Assembly: GCA_964016885.1 (NCBI GenBank)
Contig: OZ024743.1
Span: 361,336,001 to 361,400,000, forward strand
Direction of reading: 5' to 3'
Length of the DNA stretch: 64,000 nt
Source: Eledone cirrhosa
Lineage: Eukaryota
Each line of letters starts with the position of its first letter. Within the stretch, counting starts at the first letter, position 1. Position numbers and translations under genes: made by a program. The notes beneath the pieces are model-generated. The model worked only from the letters and a program-made list of their open reading frames with translations. It had not been told where the DNA came from and made no database searches. Below are positions 38,470 to 52,100 of this stretch, piece by piece.

Positions 38470-41400
38470 ATGTCAAATGATAAAATCTCATACCAGATCG
38501 GCCGTCACCCCGGTCAAAAAGGGCCGCGTCCTCAGAAAGGAACCAGACTGGGGTCGAAAAATCAGCTAATGGTTCAAACCTTTGGAGCTGGAGACCTCAC
38601 ATAACCGGAATACTCCTACTGTTGGCCCCCCATGCTCACCATCAAGAAATCCAAAGAAAAAGAGAGAAAAATGGTCAAGGGAAGACAATAAAGAAGTCAT
38701 TGAGGATTTCTACACTGCCATGTTCTACCCATCAAATATATCGTATACGGAACAGACATATATCAACTGGAAAAAGAAACATCCCGAAAACAGAGGCTAT
38801 ATTGACAGTAACAAACTAACCAATATACCAAGAAATATTGTTTAAAAAAAGTTACTAACTGATATAGAAATTGATCAGATCAAGCTATTAGCACAAAGTC
38901 AGCGAAGGGAAAATGAAACATGTGTCAGTGAAAATGAGGTAAATTGTAACACTTCGAATCCCAGGGTTGGGGCGGAATCACTGACAACAGAACAAATTAA
39001 AGAAAAGATCGAAAAAGTGGTGGGAGTGCATGCTCAAGATGAAACTCAAAATGAAAACAATGAGATCTTAAATGATAAAGAAATGAATGAGAATGAACGT
39101 GCCAACTTGAAGGGTGAAATTGTGATCGAATGGATGAAAATGAAAGAATCTGACATGGGGCAACGAGACACTCTCCCTACGATCCAGAACTCCAAACAGA
39201 ACCAAAAGATAATACACAAGACTAACATAATTCTCAAAAACATTATCATCACAAACAAACTAAACATTACTGATTTAAATCATCTTATGCATCGGCTAAA
39301 GTCACCACTCACATATGTGGAGTGAAAAATGAAAAAAACAAAGGTATTCCCACAAGAAATCTACTTGGCAAGAGAACATCAATCGCCAAATAAACCTTCT
39401 CCGATCTGACATAGAAATTTTAACAAACTACAAAGTAGGTGAACATGATAAACAAACTAAACTTAGAAAATTGAAAAAGAAATACAGTATAAAATCAACA
39501 AGTGGCATAGACATGCTGATAGAAATAATCAAGCAGAAAGTGTCTGCCAAAGCTGCTCGTATAAGGCGCTTTGAAAAACGATCTAGATTCTATAAGGACA
39601 ATAATATCAAAAACAACCAAAGAAACTTCTACAGAAAAATTGGTAAGTCAACAATAACTGCTAAAGGAGGAAGTGCAAGAATTCTGGGAATAGATCTGGG
39701 CCGAAAGAAAAAGTTCATAATATATATGCCCCATGGATAGACAGACAAATGAAAGATACAGCTCACCTTGAGGATCAAATATGGGAAAATATAACAGTTG
39801 AACAGTTGCGTTTGGCTCTTAGAAAAAACAGCAAATGGAAATCCCAAGGAAAAGAAAAAATACCAAATTTTTGGATAAATGCCTTCACAGAGTCTCATGA
39901 GCTGTTAGCCCAATTTTACAATGAAATAGTTAAGGAGCCAGAAAGATACCATCATGGCTAGTTAACGGCATTACAATCCTGCTTCCGAAGAATGATGAGA
40001 CAAACAATCCCAGAAATTACAGACCGATAACTTGCTTGACCACAATGTATAAAATGTTAACATCAGTCCTAACTGAATATACATATGACCACCTGATAAC
40101 AAATGATCTATTTCCCAATGAGCAGGAAGGGTGTAAACGAGGCTCTTATGGCTGTAAGTATCAGCTTTTGGTTAACAAAATGATACTGGAAGATTGTCAT
40201 AATAGACACAAAAATCTATCAATTCTTGGATAGATTATAAAAAAGCATTCGATAGTTTGCCACACAGTTGGATTGAAAAGTGTTTAGAGATTTTTAAAAT
40301 ATCTCCCGTTGTCAGGAGGTTCCTGTCATTCAGTTTGAACACATGTAAAACGACACTCCTTTTGAATAGTGAAAAAAAATCACTGGCATCTGGAGAAGTT
40401 AATATTAATTGTGGGATTTTTCATGGTGACTCTTTATCACCGCTTTTATTCTGCATCGCACTTATACCATTAAGTAAAATGCTCAATGAAACAAAACATG
40501 GATATAAATTCTATGACAAAACCATTAATCACTTGTTCTACATGGATGAACTGAAACTATTTGCAAAAAATGATGAACAATTGCAAGGGCTATTATCCAC
40601 TGTGGAACAGTTCGGTGATGACATTAAAATGGAGCAACGTTCACCAGAGGAAAGCTGCTGAAAAGTTCAGACATTAATCTTGGTCGGGGGAATGTGATTA
40701 TAGAACTTGATCAAGAGGAAACTTACAAATATGTAGGTGTTTGTGAAGCAGACAGAATCAAGCACGCGAAAATGAGGGAAAGGATAAGGAAGGAAAGTTA
40801 CCGCAGAGTAAGAGCAATCTTAAGAACGGAATTGAATGCAAGGAATATGATCGATGCCATAAACACGCTTGCCATACCAGTAGTAACCTACAGTTACAAT
40901 GTCATCAACTGGTCAAGCACAGAGGTCCGTAGGCTCGATACAAAAATTAGAAAATGCTTAACCATGCACAGAATGCATCACCCTAATGCAGATACAGATA
41001 GAATATAATCCATATTAGATATTGCGTTGAAATCTGCAACAATTGGATTATCTACATATCTAAGGGAATCACATGATTGGATGATCAAACTCGTTGTGAA
41101 ACACGAAAGCATCAAAAGATCATACTCCATTACAAAAGATGCACAAAGATACAGTAATGGACTACACATTTCAGAAGTCCCATTTACTGCTGAAATGGTA
41201 AACACAGAAAAAGCAAAGCAGGTAAAAGTAACTGCAAAGAAAGAACTGCTACAGAAACTGGCTAAGAAATGGCAAGAAAAACCTCTGTATGGAAAATACC
41301 CAGAAAGAGCTAACAATCCTGATGTTGACAACAGATTAACCCACCAGTGGTTGGTATCCTCTGGACTGAAATCGGAGACTGAAGGACTGGTTATATCAGC

Positions 41401-42019
41401 ACAAGATCAGTGTCTGCCAACAAAAAATTACCAAGCCAACATAATAAAAAATGGATGCAACCCATTATGCCGTGTATGTAAAAAACAACCAGAGACCATT
41501 GATCATATAATTTCAATGTGCAGTCCTATAGCTCCAACCGAATACCTAAACAGGCATGACAGTGCTGCACAATACATACATTGGATAATGTGTAAGCATT
41601 TTGACCTGCCCCATCAAAAGAATTGGTGGGAGCATCAACCACCTCCCATAATGGAAAAAGATCACATCGCAATCTTGTGGAACTTTAGCATCCAAACAGA
41701 CCGAAAAATAGATGCAAATAGACCTGATATAATATTGAAGGACTTTAAAAAGAGGGTATGCCTGCTAATTGATATGTCCGTTCCAATAGACAAGAGTGTA
41801 TCTATAAAAACATTTGAAAAATTGAGCAAGTATAAGGACCTGGAGATAGAAATTGGAAAAATGTGGAAATTGAGAACTAAAGCAATACCAGTGGTTGTAG
41901 GCGCTCTAGGAATGATACCTAAGGGGTCTAATGATTACTTATCGCAAATCCCAGGAGAAATACAAAAGATAGTACTAATGGGAACTGCCCATATACTAAG
42001 GAAGATTCTGTCAATATAA
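38470..42019 (+). pseudogene. R4/Dong-clade RLE LINE family B ORF, near full length
   Basis: [92 protein letters not shown]; 3' UTR to 42165 then (TAA)n. Confidence 0.93.
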
Positions 42020-42169
42020 GTACATCACAAGTCTAAACACCTAAAGATGCATGTGTGAGTATGTATGTTCTTTCTTGAACATGGCGGACCTTGTTGTCTC
42101 TTGAGGTCACTGGTTGTGACTTGGTGATAACTCGTATGAACATGAAGCAAGATAAATGCAGCTGTAATA

Positions 42170-42204
<35 letters not shown>

Positions 42205-42235
42205 ACTGGTTCCTTATATAGGCACAATACCAGCT

Positions 42236-42344
<109 letters not shown>

Positions 42345-42350
42345 ATATAT

Positions 42351-42975
42351 AAACGGAGAAAATGAAACGAAATTTCATTTCTCACTCTTAGTGCGGCTGC
42401 TACTTAAATATAAGTATGTATACGTACATACATATATGTATACAGACGTACAGTAGTATGTATATATATATACATACATGCACACATATATATATATGTA
42501 CGTATGGATTCACCGAACATTTATTATAATGCTCGGTGTCTTTGTAAACAAACATCCCGGATTAAGCGGTACAGTGTCTAGCAACCACCGTTGCTCATTT
42601 GTTCAACACTGAAAAAAGAACGCTGTCCTAGTTTCATGCTTATTAGCTATCGTCAGCAACGAATACCTTCCTGCCAGATGGTTGAACGTCTGAAGGTATA
42701 TACTTTCCATATGCATATTAACGGCTGAGCAGCCTAATTTGCATATCGAATGAGTTACTCGGCCGGGGTACCGAAAACGATAAACGGAAAAAAAGAAACG
42801 AAATTTCAATTCTCACTCTTATTACGGCTGTTACTTAAATATAAGTATGTATACGTACATACATATATGTATACAGACGTACAGTAGTATGTATACATAC
42901 ATGCACACATATATATATATGTAATTATGGATTCACCGAACATTTATTATAATGCTCGGTGTGTTTGTAAATACG

Positions 42976-43009
<34 letters not shown>

Positions 43010-43303
43010 CATGTATGTATATATAAATATACATACTGCTGTACGTATGTATACATATATGTATGTACGTGTACATACTTATATTTAAGTAACAGCCGTA
43101 ATAAGAGTGAGAATTGAAATTTCGTTTCATTTTTTCCGTTTATCGTTTTCGGTACCCCGGCCGATTAACACACTCGATATGCAAATTAGGCTGCTCAGCC
43201 GTTAATATGCATAAGCAAAGTATATACCTTCAGACGTTCAACCATCTGGCAGGAATGTATACGTTGCTGACGATAGCTAATAAGCGTGAAACTAGTACAG
43301 CGT
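42351..43303 (-). repeat. Hammerhead-containing ~431-bp tandem repeat (about 1.4 units) plus an inverted partial copy (~42995-43303); candidate retrozyme
   Basis: Unit starts AAACGG at 42351 and 42782; no ORF of note; hammerheads at 42620-42661 (minus, GUA mutated to GGA) and 43261-43303 (plus). Confidence 0.85.
43261..43303 (+). ncRNA. Type-I hammerhead ribozyme (retrozyme family)
   Basis: ACGTTG-CTGACGA-tAGC taataa GCgt-GAAA-ctag-TA-CAGCGT. Confidence 0.85.
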
Positions 43304-43356
43304 CCAGAATTAGCCGTCGAAACGGCTTGAGCTCAGCCGTCGGGGTCCTACTCATT

Positions 43357-43508
<152 letters not shown>

Positions 43509-43513
43509 TATAA

Positions 43514-43546
<33 letters not shown>

Positions 43547-43564
43547 AATATATATATATATATT

Positions 43565-43597
<33 letters not shown>

Positions 43598-43611
43598 TTT
43601 TTTTATATATA

Positions 43612-43658
<47 letters not shown>

Positions 43659-43691
43659 GTATAAATATATATATATTTATTTATATATATG

Positions 43692-43845
<154 letters not shown>

Positions 43846-44041
43846 TATGTAAAGAGGTGGGCTGTGTGGTTACTGTAAACAAAGTGTAAGATGGTAATAG
43901 GGACCTACACAAGCTGTTTACTGTGGATCATAGATGTATCGGCGCTTAAAAAAAGGACATCGATCGGCAGCGCGCCCGAGGCCTTTTATCCATAAAAAGA
44001 CACACACACACACGCACACACACACACACACACGCACACAT

Positions 44042-44098
<57 letters not shown>

Positions 44099-44114
44099 AT
44101 ATATAATATATATA

Positions 44115-44199
<85 letters not shown>

Positions 44200-44950
44200 A
44201 TAAATATATAGAAAGATTTGAATGGATACAGTTTAGTTGAAAGGAATTTATTGACACGTGTTTCTATAACAGTTACATAACCTAAAACAGCTATCTACAA
44301 ACTTTTAGTTATGCAGACATTCAATATTTCAATGTTATTATTTACTGTCATTTCATCAGAATAATATTACTGAGGACCTATTTAGTTTTTATAGAGAATA
44401 TTAGGAGGGAGGGGTGAAGTTGTTAGAAGAATAGTTGAAGGAGTGGTTTTTCGATAGCAGTGAGAATTCTTGGTGGCAGTGAGTAATTAGATTCCCATCT
44501 GTTGTTTTGACATTTTTTATAGAATATATTATTGGTTATTTTTCTAAATCTATAGAAGGATTAGAGATAGTGAAGATATGCGTGGTTGGTTTTGTGTTTG
44601 CACTTAATTAACATTCAGACTTAAATTTTTCTTTCAAGTGTACGTATCCTTTCACCCACGCATTCACACACAGATATATTTGCACACCTCTACAAAATAC
44701 ATATACACACAATTCACATATTCATACTTACATATATATACACATGCATACACATATATATACACACATGTATTCATGTACATACATACGCGCTCATGTG
44801 TATACATTTTCATACTCAACTTATCTTTATATACACACGTATAGACACACACATATATACATACATACTCTAGTCCATGTGTACACACATACACATACAT
44901 ACACATCCATATACACATATATACATACACATATATACATACATACATAC

Positions 44951-44999
<49 letters not shown>

Positions 45000-45320
45000 C
45001 ATACATACACAAACATACACATACACACATATACATATATATATATATATAAGCACTTTAATACATGAATACACTTACATCTAACTATACACATCAAACA
45101 TATATATATATTTACTTATTTATATACATTTTCACATATATATACATACTTATGGACGTTTTTAGACACATTCATTATCGCATATTTGTACCTATTCTCA
45201 TCAGCATATCTTTTCATTATTAGTATGGTAATTTAAGGTTATTAATATATGTTGAGAAGAGATTGTTTTTATATTTTTCTAACTAGATTAATGTTTATAT
45301 AGTTGGGGGATGTCCCTCTT

Positions 45321-45730
45321 TTATGTAATATTCGGCTTGTAGTGGGAAAAAAGGGTTTTAGTTCTGTGACGGCAGAATAATGTTCGTTCAATTCTGTTAT
45401 TCAGCAGTTTCTTCTTGTGTGTGATTATGTAATAAATCTCAAGATTACACAATTTGCAGAAATTTTGGCTCCTGGAAAAGCTTTGGGTTTTAGCTAATTT
45501 TTCCCATTTTAGGGTAAACTTTTGATCGCTATCCCTGAGCGTCCAAGCTTTTTCTGCTAGAGTTGTTACATTTCTTTGGCTCTGGTGTTTTATTGAGTAA
45601 GAATGCCTATACAATCGAGATTTAAACGATGTTGCCGTTGATCCCACGTAATACCACTCGTTGCCTCCGGATTTAATGGTACACTTATAAATAATATTTT
45701 TTTCCAGGCAGTTATTGCCGAGGGGGCAAG
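45321..45730 (-). pseudogene. PLE GIY-YIG endonuclease fragment
   Basis: CPLGNNCLEKNIIYKC...YYVGSTATSFKSRLYRH...CKLCNLE...LLNNR.E....CRHR. Confidence 0.9.
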
Positions 45731-46066
45731 CCGAATATTACATAAAAGAGGGACATCCCCCAACTATATAAACATTAATCTAGTTAGAAAAATATAAAAA
45801 CAATCTCTTCTCAACATATATTAATAACCTTAAATTACCATACTAATAATGAAAAGATATGCTGATGAGAATAGGTACAAATATGCGATAATGAATGTGT
45901 CTAAAAACGTCCATAAGTATGTATATATATGTGAAAATGTATATAAATAAGTAAATATATATATATGTTTGATGTGTATAGTTAGATGTAAGTGTATTCA
46001 TGTATTAAAGTGCTTATATATATATATATATGTATATGTGTGTATGTGTATGTTTGTGTATGTATG

Positions 46067-46119
<53 letters not shown>

Positions 46120-46703
46120 GTATGTATGTATGTATATATGTGTATGTATATATGTGTATATGGATGTGTATGTATGTGTATGTGTGTACACATGGACTAG
46201 AGTATGTATGTATATATGTGTGTGTCTATACGTGTGTATATAAAGATAAGTTGAGTATGAAAATGTATACACATGAGCGCGTATGTATGTACATGAATAC
46301 ATGTGTGTATATATATGTGTATGCATGTGTATATATATGTAAGTATGAATATGTGAATTGTGTGTATATGTATTTTGTAGATGTGTGCAAATATATCTGT
46401 GTGTGAATGCGTGGGTGAAAGGATACGTACACTTGAAAGAAAAATTTAAGTCTGAATGTTAATTAAGTGCAAACACAAAACCAACCACGCATATCTTCAC
46501 TATCTCTAATCCTTCTATAGATTTAGAAAAATAACCAATAATATATTCTATAAAAAATGTCAAAACAACAGATGGGAATCTAATTACTCACTGCCACCAA
46601 GAATTCTCACTGCTATCGAAAAACCACTCCTTCAACTATTCTTCTAACAACTTCACCCCTCCCTCCTAATATTCTCTATAAAAACTAAATAGGTCCTCAG
46701 TAA

Positions 46704-46753
46704 TATTATTCTGATGAAATGACAGTAAATAATAACATTGAAATATTGAATGT
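46704..46753 (+). ncRNA. Minimal hammerhead motif (mirror copy at ~44318-44367, minus strand)
   Basis: CTGATGA-AATG...CATT-GAAA-TATT; stem I weak. Confidence 0.6.
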
Positions 46754-46972
46754 CTGCATAACTAAAAGTTTGTAGATAGCTGTTTTAGGTTATGTAACTG
46801 TTATAGAAACACGTGTCAATAAATTCCTTTCAACTAAACTGTATCCATTCAAATCTTTCTATTTTTCTCCGGATTACTTTTGGAACTACAACTGGAACCG
46901 TCGAGCAAACTCTACGTGAGCTGATAATCTACTGTGTGTAATATTTATATTACAACACAACGGAAAATACTG

Positions 46973-47004
<32 letters not shown>

Positions 47005-47006
<2 letters not shown>

Positions 47007-47192
47007 GGAACGAGTAGCACCCGACGGCTGAGCTCAAGCCGTTTCGACGGCTAATTCCAGAATTAGCCGTCGAAACGGCTTGAGCTCAGCCGTCGGGGTT
47101 CTACTCGTTCCTATTACCCACTCTACTACCCTAAGTATTGAGTACTTTGGTGCGTTTTGGTCCACCTGGTTCCTTACCACATTTCCTTCGTT
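47005..47192 (+). mobile_element. Fold-back element, sibling of 12656-12850
   Basis: GGAACGAGTAG..CCCGACGGCTGAGCTCAAGCCGTTTCGACGGCTAATT and its reverse complement, then the same tail. Confidence 0.8.
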
Positions 47193-47224
47193 ATATATTT
47201 ATATATATATATATATATATATAT

Positions 47225-49036
47225 AACAAAAACAAAGGATGCAATAAAAAAGGAAAACAAAGAAAAAATACCCCAATAGGTGGGAGTCTTCCGAGGGTCA
47301 CTCGTGGAGAAAGCCGTCGAAAAGCCCCGGACACCCTGACGGCTAGGGCAAGCGACATCTCCCAGTTTTCCTCCTACGATAATACAGACACACGCTCAGG
47401 GCAGGCCCAACCACACGGGCCATTCTTGTCTCCCTCACCCACCTTTCAACAAGCTGGCTGGAAGGCAGCACTTCCCTCTCTATCCTGAATTTCCTTTTCA
47501 GGTGAAACCTGAAAAAGTTACTGAGGGCATAACCGAAGAGGAATGTGCCCGTCTTCAACACTTTCAGACGCGTCCACCATACGACATCTTTTACCTTGGC
47601 CATCAGGCAGAAAGAAAACGCCTGTCCTCCTGGTTAAAGGGGGGTGACGGGGAAATGTTCACGATGGACTCAGCTGATAGCAGGATCCGCCCTGCATGTG
47701 ACAGCAGATGTTCGACATAAACCCACAAGTCAGTGATGGTCGGACACTGTATGAGTTCGTGCAGGACGGTTTGGTCTCACGACGTGCATCTCGAACAGGT
47801 ATGTCTGACGGCACTTCCACTCCTGTAAAGTTTATCTCGAACTGGCAACGCTCCCCGGATGTAATCAATTGGCCCTGGATGGAAAGTCCTCCTGAAGAGA
47901 ATAGCTAGTTGGCTTTCGTCGACACCCAGAATCTCCCCAAGGGGGTCGTCAGCATTGCTCTCCAGTAACCCGCTATAGAATTCCAAGTTGGAGTTTCCAC
48001 CGATCGCCTCACCCGATTGGTTGAGGGCTGTGAGCGCCTGAAGACATTCCAAATCTCCAAGCACTCTCTCTCGGTCTTCGCTTAACCCAGGACTGCACCT
48101 CCGTCAAGAAGACGAGCTGGGGAAAAACGCATCTAGCAAACGGTGATTACACCTGATCACCGTCAAAGAAGAGGTGGAGATGCGTTAGCCCAAGTGCATG
48201 TTTACGCATCATCAGCCACGGCATGCCCAGTCCTCCACGTAGCGGGTGTTGACAGCAAATTGACCGCCTGACAATCGAAGCGCGTCCCTTCCACAAAAAG
48301 CGAAAGAGCAAACGTTCCAACGCAGTCAGGTGAGGCTTAGGACGATGGTCAGGCGATAGTAGATAACGCGCGCGATGAACGCGTTCGCCACCTCCGCTCG
48401 ACCTTTCAGGGAGATCTTCCTCTCGGCCCGTTTCTGGATGAGAAAGGCCACTCTGCTCGTCATCTCGTCCCAGTTTTTGTCCATCTGGAGGTCCGGACTG
48501 AACCAGACTCGTAGCATTTTAACGGGTCCGTCGTCCAGATCCCGACGTTGCTGTTGGAAGGCATGTACTGCCACTCCAGGTGCCGAACTGGAGGCACGCC
48601 GACTTTTCCTGGTTGGTTTTTGCTTCTTTTACCGCTTTGTACTCCCTGGGAGTGGTGCCGATCATCTCAATAAGTTTGTTGATCGACATCACTACGGTGA
48701 CGTCATCAGCATCTGCCGACACTGGTTTCCCACTTTCTACTTCGCGTGAGATATTCCTTAAAGTCTCCAATATGAGTAGTAATGGCTCAATAGTCAATAC
48801 ATACAGAAGGAACTAGAAGATACAACCTTGGCTAACCGAGTGGGTGATTCCGAAAGGTGACAGTTCAATCTAACCACAGAGCAGATGTCGTTGTGCATTG
48901 CAGCTATCCAGATCCTGATAAAGGGTCCACACCCTGCTACTTCGTTGACGACGGCCGCAATGTAGGTGATGATGGGCCCTATCGAAAGCCTTTGATTGAT
49001 ATAAATGAATTAGAGCCCCACCCGTGCCAGGTTCCT
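47225..49036 (-). pseudogene. Degenerate Tx1/L1 ORF2 3' half
   Basis: Aligns to ~31950-33745 (QSKAFDR, ADADDVTV, SLKGRAEVAN, GALPVRDKLY). Confidence 0.85.
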
Positions 49037-50260
49037 TAATAATAATTTCTTTATGTTCCACAAGGACCTACATATATGGAACATTATATTAGACAGGAAT
49101 AATAGGGGTTAACATATAAAAACATGTAAAAAAATTATAGATTACAATAACATAATAACAATAAGAATACAACAATGAAAATTTCCCACAGGGGATATAA
49201 CCACCCTGGGCCTTCCAGGTGTTCCAGCAGTCCTGAACCACCCGAGGCTTCTCTCAATACTTCTCTCTCCACCCTCACCTTCCTTTCCATGTGAAACTTG
49301 AAAAGTTGATGAGGGATAGGCCGAAAAGAAAAGTTTCTGTTTTCAGTGCTTTCAACTTGCTGCACCACACAACCTCTTTCTCTCTGCCACCAGACAGAGG
49401 AAAATTGCCTACCCATCCCGGCCAAATGATGGTGACAGTTAGATCTTCACTATGGACTTGGCTGTTAACCGGATCCATTCTACACGCGACAACAGCTGTT
49501 CAAAATAACTCCACAAGTCAGCAATGCATGAACACTGGACGAGTCCGTGCAGAACGGTGTGATTGTTCTGCGCGTATCTCGAGCATGTCCGTCTGAGAGC
49601 CTTCCGTGCCTGTAGAGTTCATCTCGAACCGGCAGTTCCCCTCGGTAGCATTGCCAAGCAAGGAATTTCTGGAAGTTTTATCCATCGTTGCCGGCTCGAG
49701 AGTCCTCCGGAACAGACTGCTCAGTTTGGCTTCGTCAACACCCAGGGTCTCTCTGAGTGCGTCGTCGCAATTACCCCTCATTATTCCTCTATAGACTTTA
49801 AGAGTGAAAGTTCCACTGACCGTATTGTCCACTTGTTCGAGGTCAGTAAGAGCCTGACAACATTACGGACGCCAGCCGCCCTGTCTTGGTGTCTTACTGT
49901 CCCAGGACTGCAGATCAGTCAAAGTGACGAGCTGCAGCCCATTTCTCGGTGAGAGTGGCCACCCTGATCGTAATGTTGTCCCAATTCTTAACCACCTGTA
50001 GGTCTGGTTCGAACCAAACTCCGAGCAACTTTACCAGCGCCTGACGAAGCTGTTGGATGGCATAGACTTTCCTCTACGGGTGTCGTACTGCAGGACAACC
50101 GACTTTTCCGGGATTAGGTTCGCTCCCGTCAACCTTTCGTATTCTTCCATGAGGGTGACAACCATTTCGATTTCCGAGGTGTTCAACACCATCACGGTGA
50201 TGAAATGCGCATATTCCGCCATAGTCTTTCCGCATAAAAGAATATAAAACGTTGATGGGA
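49037..50260 (-). pseudogene. Degenerate Tx1/L1 3' fragment, related subfamily
   Basis: KRKVRVEREVL-like end; 3' end GGTCCTTGTGGAACATAAAGAAATTATTATT. Confidence 0.75.
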
Positions 50261-50289
50261 GCAATCAATAACAGCCTGTGTCACACAAC

Positions 50290-52100
50290 TGCGTGGTTGG
50301 GTACAGGATGGACGAATCCATTATGCTGAACGGGATAAGATTTGTTCCAGACTTTCAGTTGGATAGTACCCGGGACAAAGTTTCGTGAAGGGTAGAGTAT
50401 CTCATTTAGAAATGAGCTATGAAGCCATCCCTGAAATGTTAGGCAGAAGTGGAGTAGGCAAAAATCGCCTATGATATATATTGCTTCCTGATGATTTTCC
50501 AGTGCTTCATTTCTCCCCACACCAGCTTGAAGCGGCTTCTTTTTCATTTCAGTAATGAAAAGTTTTGCCAAAGTGTTAGTATATAGCAACCTATATGCTA
50601 ACACTTGTCGTTGATCGTCTGATAGGGAACGCAGATAAATAAACCATTCCGAACAGACCTATTCATGTCAAACTCCAGATTATGTGATATATCTTATGAA
50701 GTTTGGCTATGAGTGTGGCTCTAATCAACTTGGATCAATCGAAAACTTTCGATAAAGTCGATCATAGATACCTGGAACTGGTCGGCAAGCATTTTGGACC
50801 CGTTTGGGCAGGGATCACTGTACTGCCCAACGATAACTGATCCGTGGTTGGAGTGAACGAGTATCAATCTAAATCGTTCAATATCATGCGGTAGAATGTC
50901 TCTGTTATATCTATTGATTTCTATATCTAGAACAACCTCAAATTGAAGGCATTGAGGGCCATGCCGCGTAAACTAGGGTGTAATAGATCTGGATTAGCAT
51001 ATGTCGGTGAAATCACATTATTGGTATCAAGCACCAAATACTTCGAGATGATTGGCACCGCTTTGAGGAAGTATGAGGCGGTGGAGGAGCGAAACGTATG
51101 CAGCGAAACATCTGCTTTTCCTTGGCGGTAAACAGATCTCTTTGCTGTTTGCTAGACGCATGTTTCCCCGGCATGTCTCCTTGAGAGAGTTGTTATTCTG
51201 ACTCAAGCGAAAGCCGAGATGGAGCGTTTGGAACATTAATTGTCTTGGAGAACTCACAGTATTCTGGCGATTAGAATATACGATCGGTGGAAACTTCACC
51301 ATGGCGTTTTATAGAGAGTTAATGGGAGGTAAAGCAACAATGTACTTGGAGGGATGGGACATCAACGAAAATCAACTAGCCAATATTTTCCGAGGGATTT
51401 TTGGTCCAATAAGTAACTACAAAAGTTAACTGGTCAGACAGTGTTACCCTTTGGTATTGCCTGTCCGAAGATCTGAGTTAAACTCTACAGACAGGCATGT
51501 GCCTCAGCCGGGCGTGTCTGAGATGTGCGCAGTGAGAGACGAAAACGTCCTGCTGGAACTCGTCTTGAGCATGAGCGTTGCTAAATTGTGGAAATATGTC
51601 AAACACTTATGTTACATGTAGGGTTGATCCGGCTATCAGTTGACTCTATCGTGAAGAACGTCCACCGCTTTTCTTTAGCCGGAAATGACAAACATTTTAT
51701 ATATTGGTTCACCATAGTAAAAATGGGCATGTGATGGATGGGCTTGAAAAGATTGAGTACAGGCGTTTCCTCTTCGGCGAAGCCCTCATTAACCATTACA
51801 AGTTTCACTTGAAGGGAAAATGTGGAGTAGAGAGGGAAGTGCTTCCTTCCAAACAGAGCGAAATATGTATCGTGTTTCGGGTCAACAGGCCAGCTCTCTT
51901 TATGCGCATCTAGGGAGGGTAGAGGTGGACATCTGGGAGAGAGCACTTACTCCAGCAGTCAAGTAACTTTTAGGCTTTCTTCTTGAGTGTGTCTCGTAAC
52001 CCCATATTTGGGCATTTTCTTTTGTTTTAATTTCTTTTACGTTGTACGGATTTTTTTCACTTTTTGCATGCATAAACCCATATTGTTAGAAACTATGCGG
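50290..52100 (+). pseudogene. Highly degenerate Tx1/L1 RT/3' fragment on the plus strand
   Basis: LINLDQSKTFDKVDHRYL; FLFGEALINHYKFHLKGKCGVEREVL. Confidence 0.7.

Larger units (their letters stand above)
44208..46972 (-). mobile_element. 5'-truncated PLE (GIY-YIG fragment + pseudo-LTR) with ~1.1 kb inverted pseudo-LTR copy
   Basis: Arms ~44208-45334 and ~45731-46863 are near-perfect reverse complements; the spacer carries the endonuclease fragment. Confidence 0.92.
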
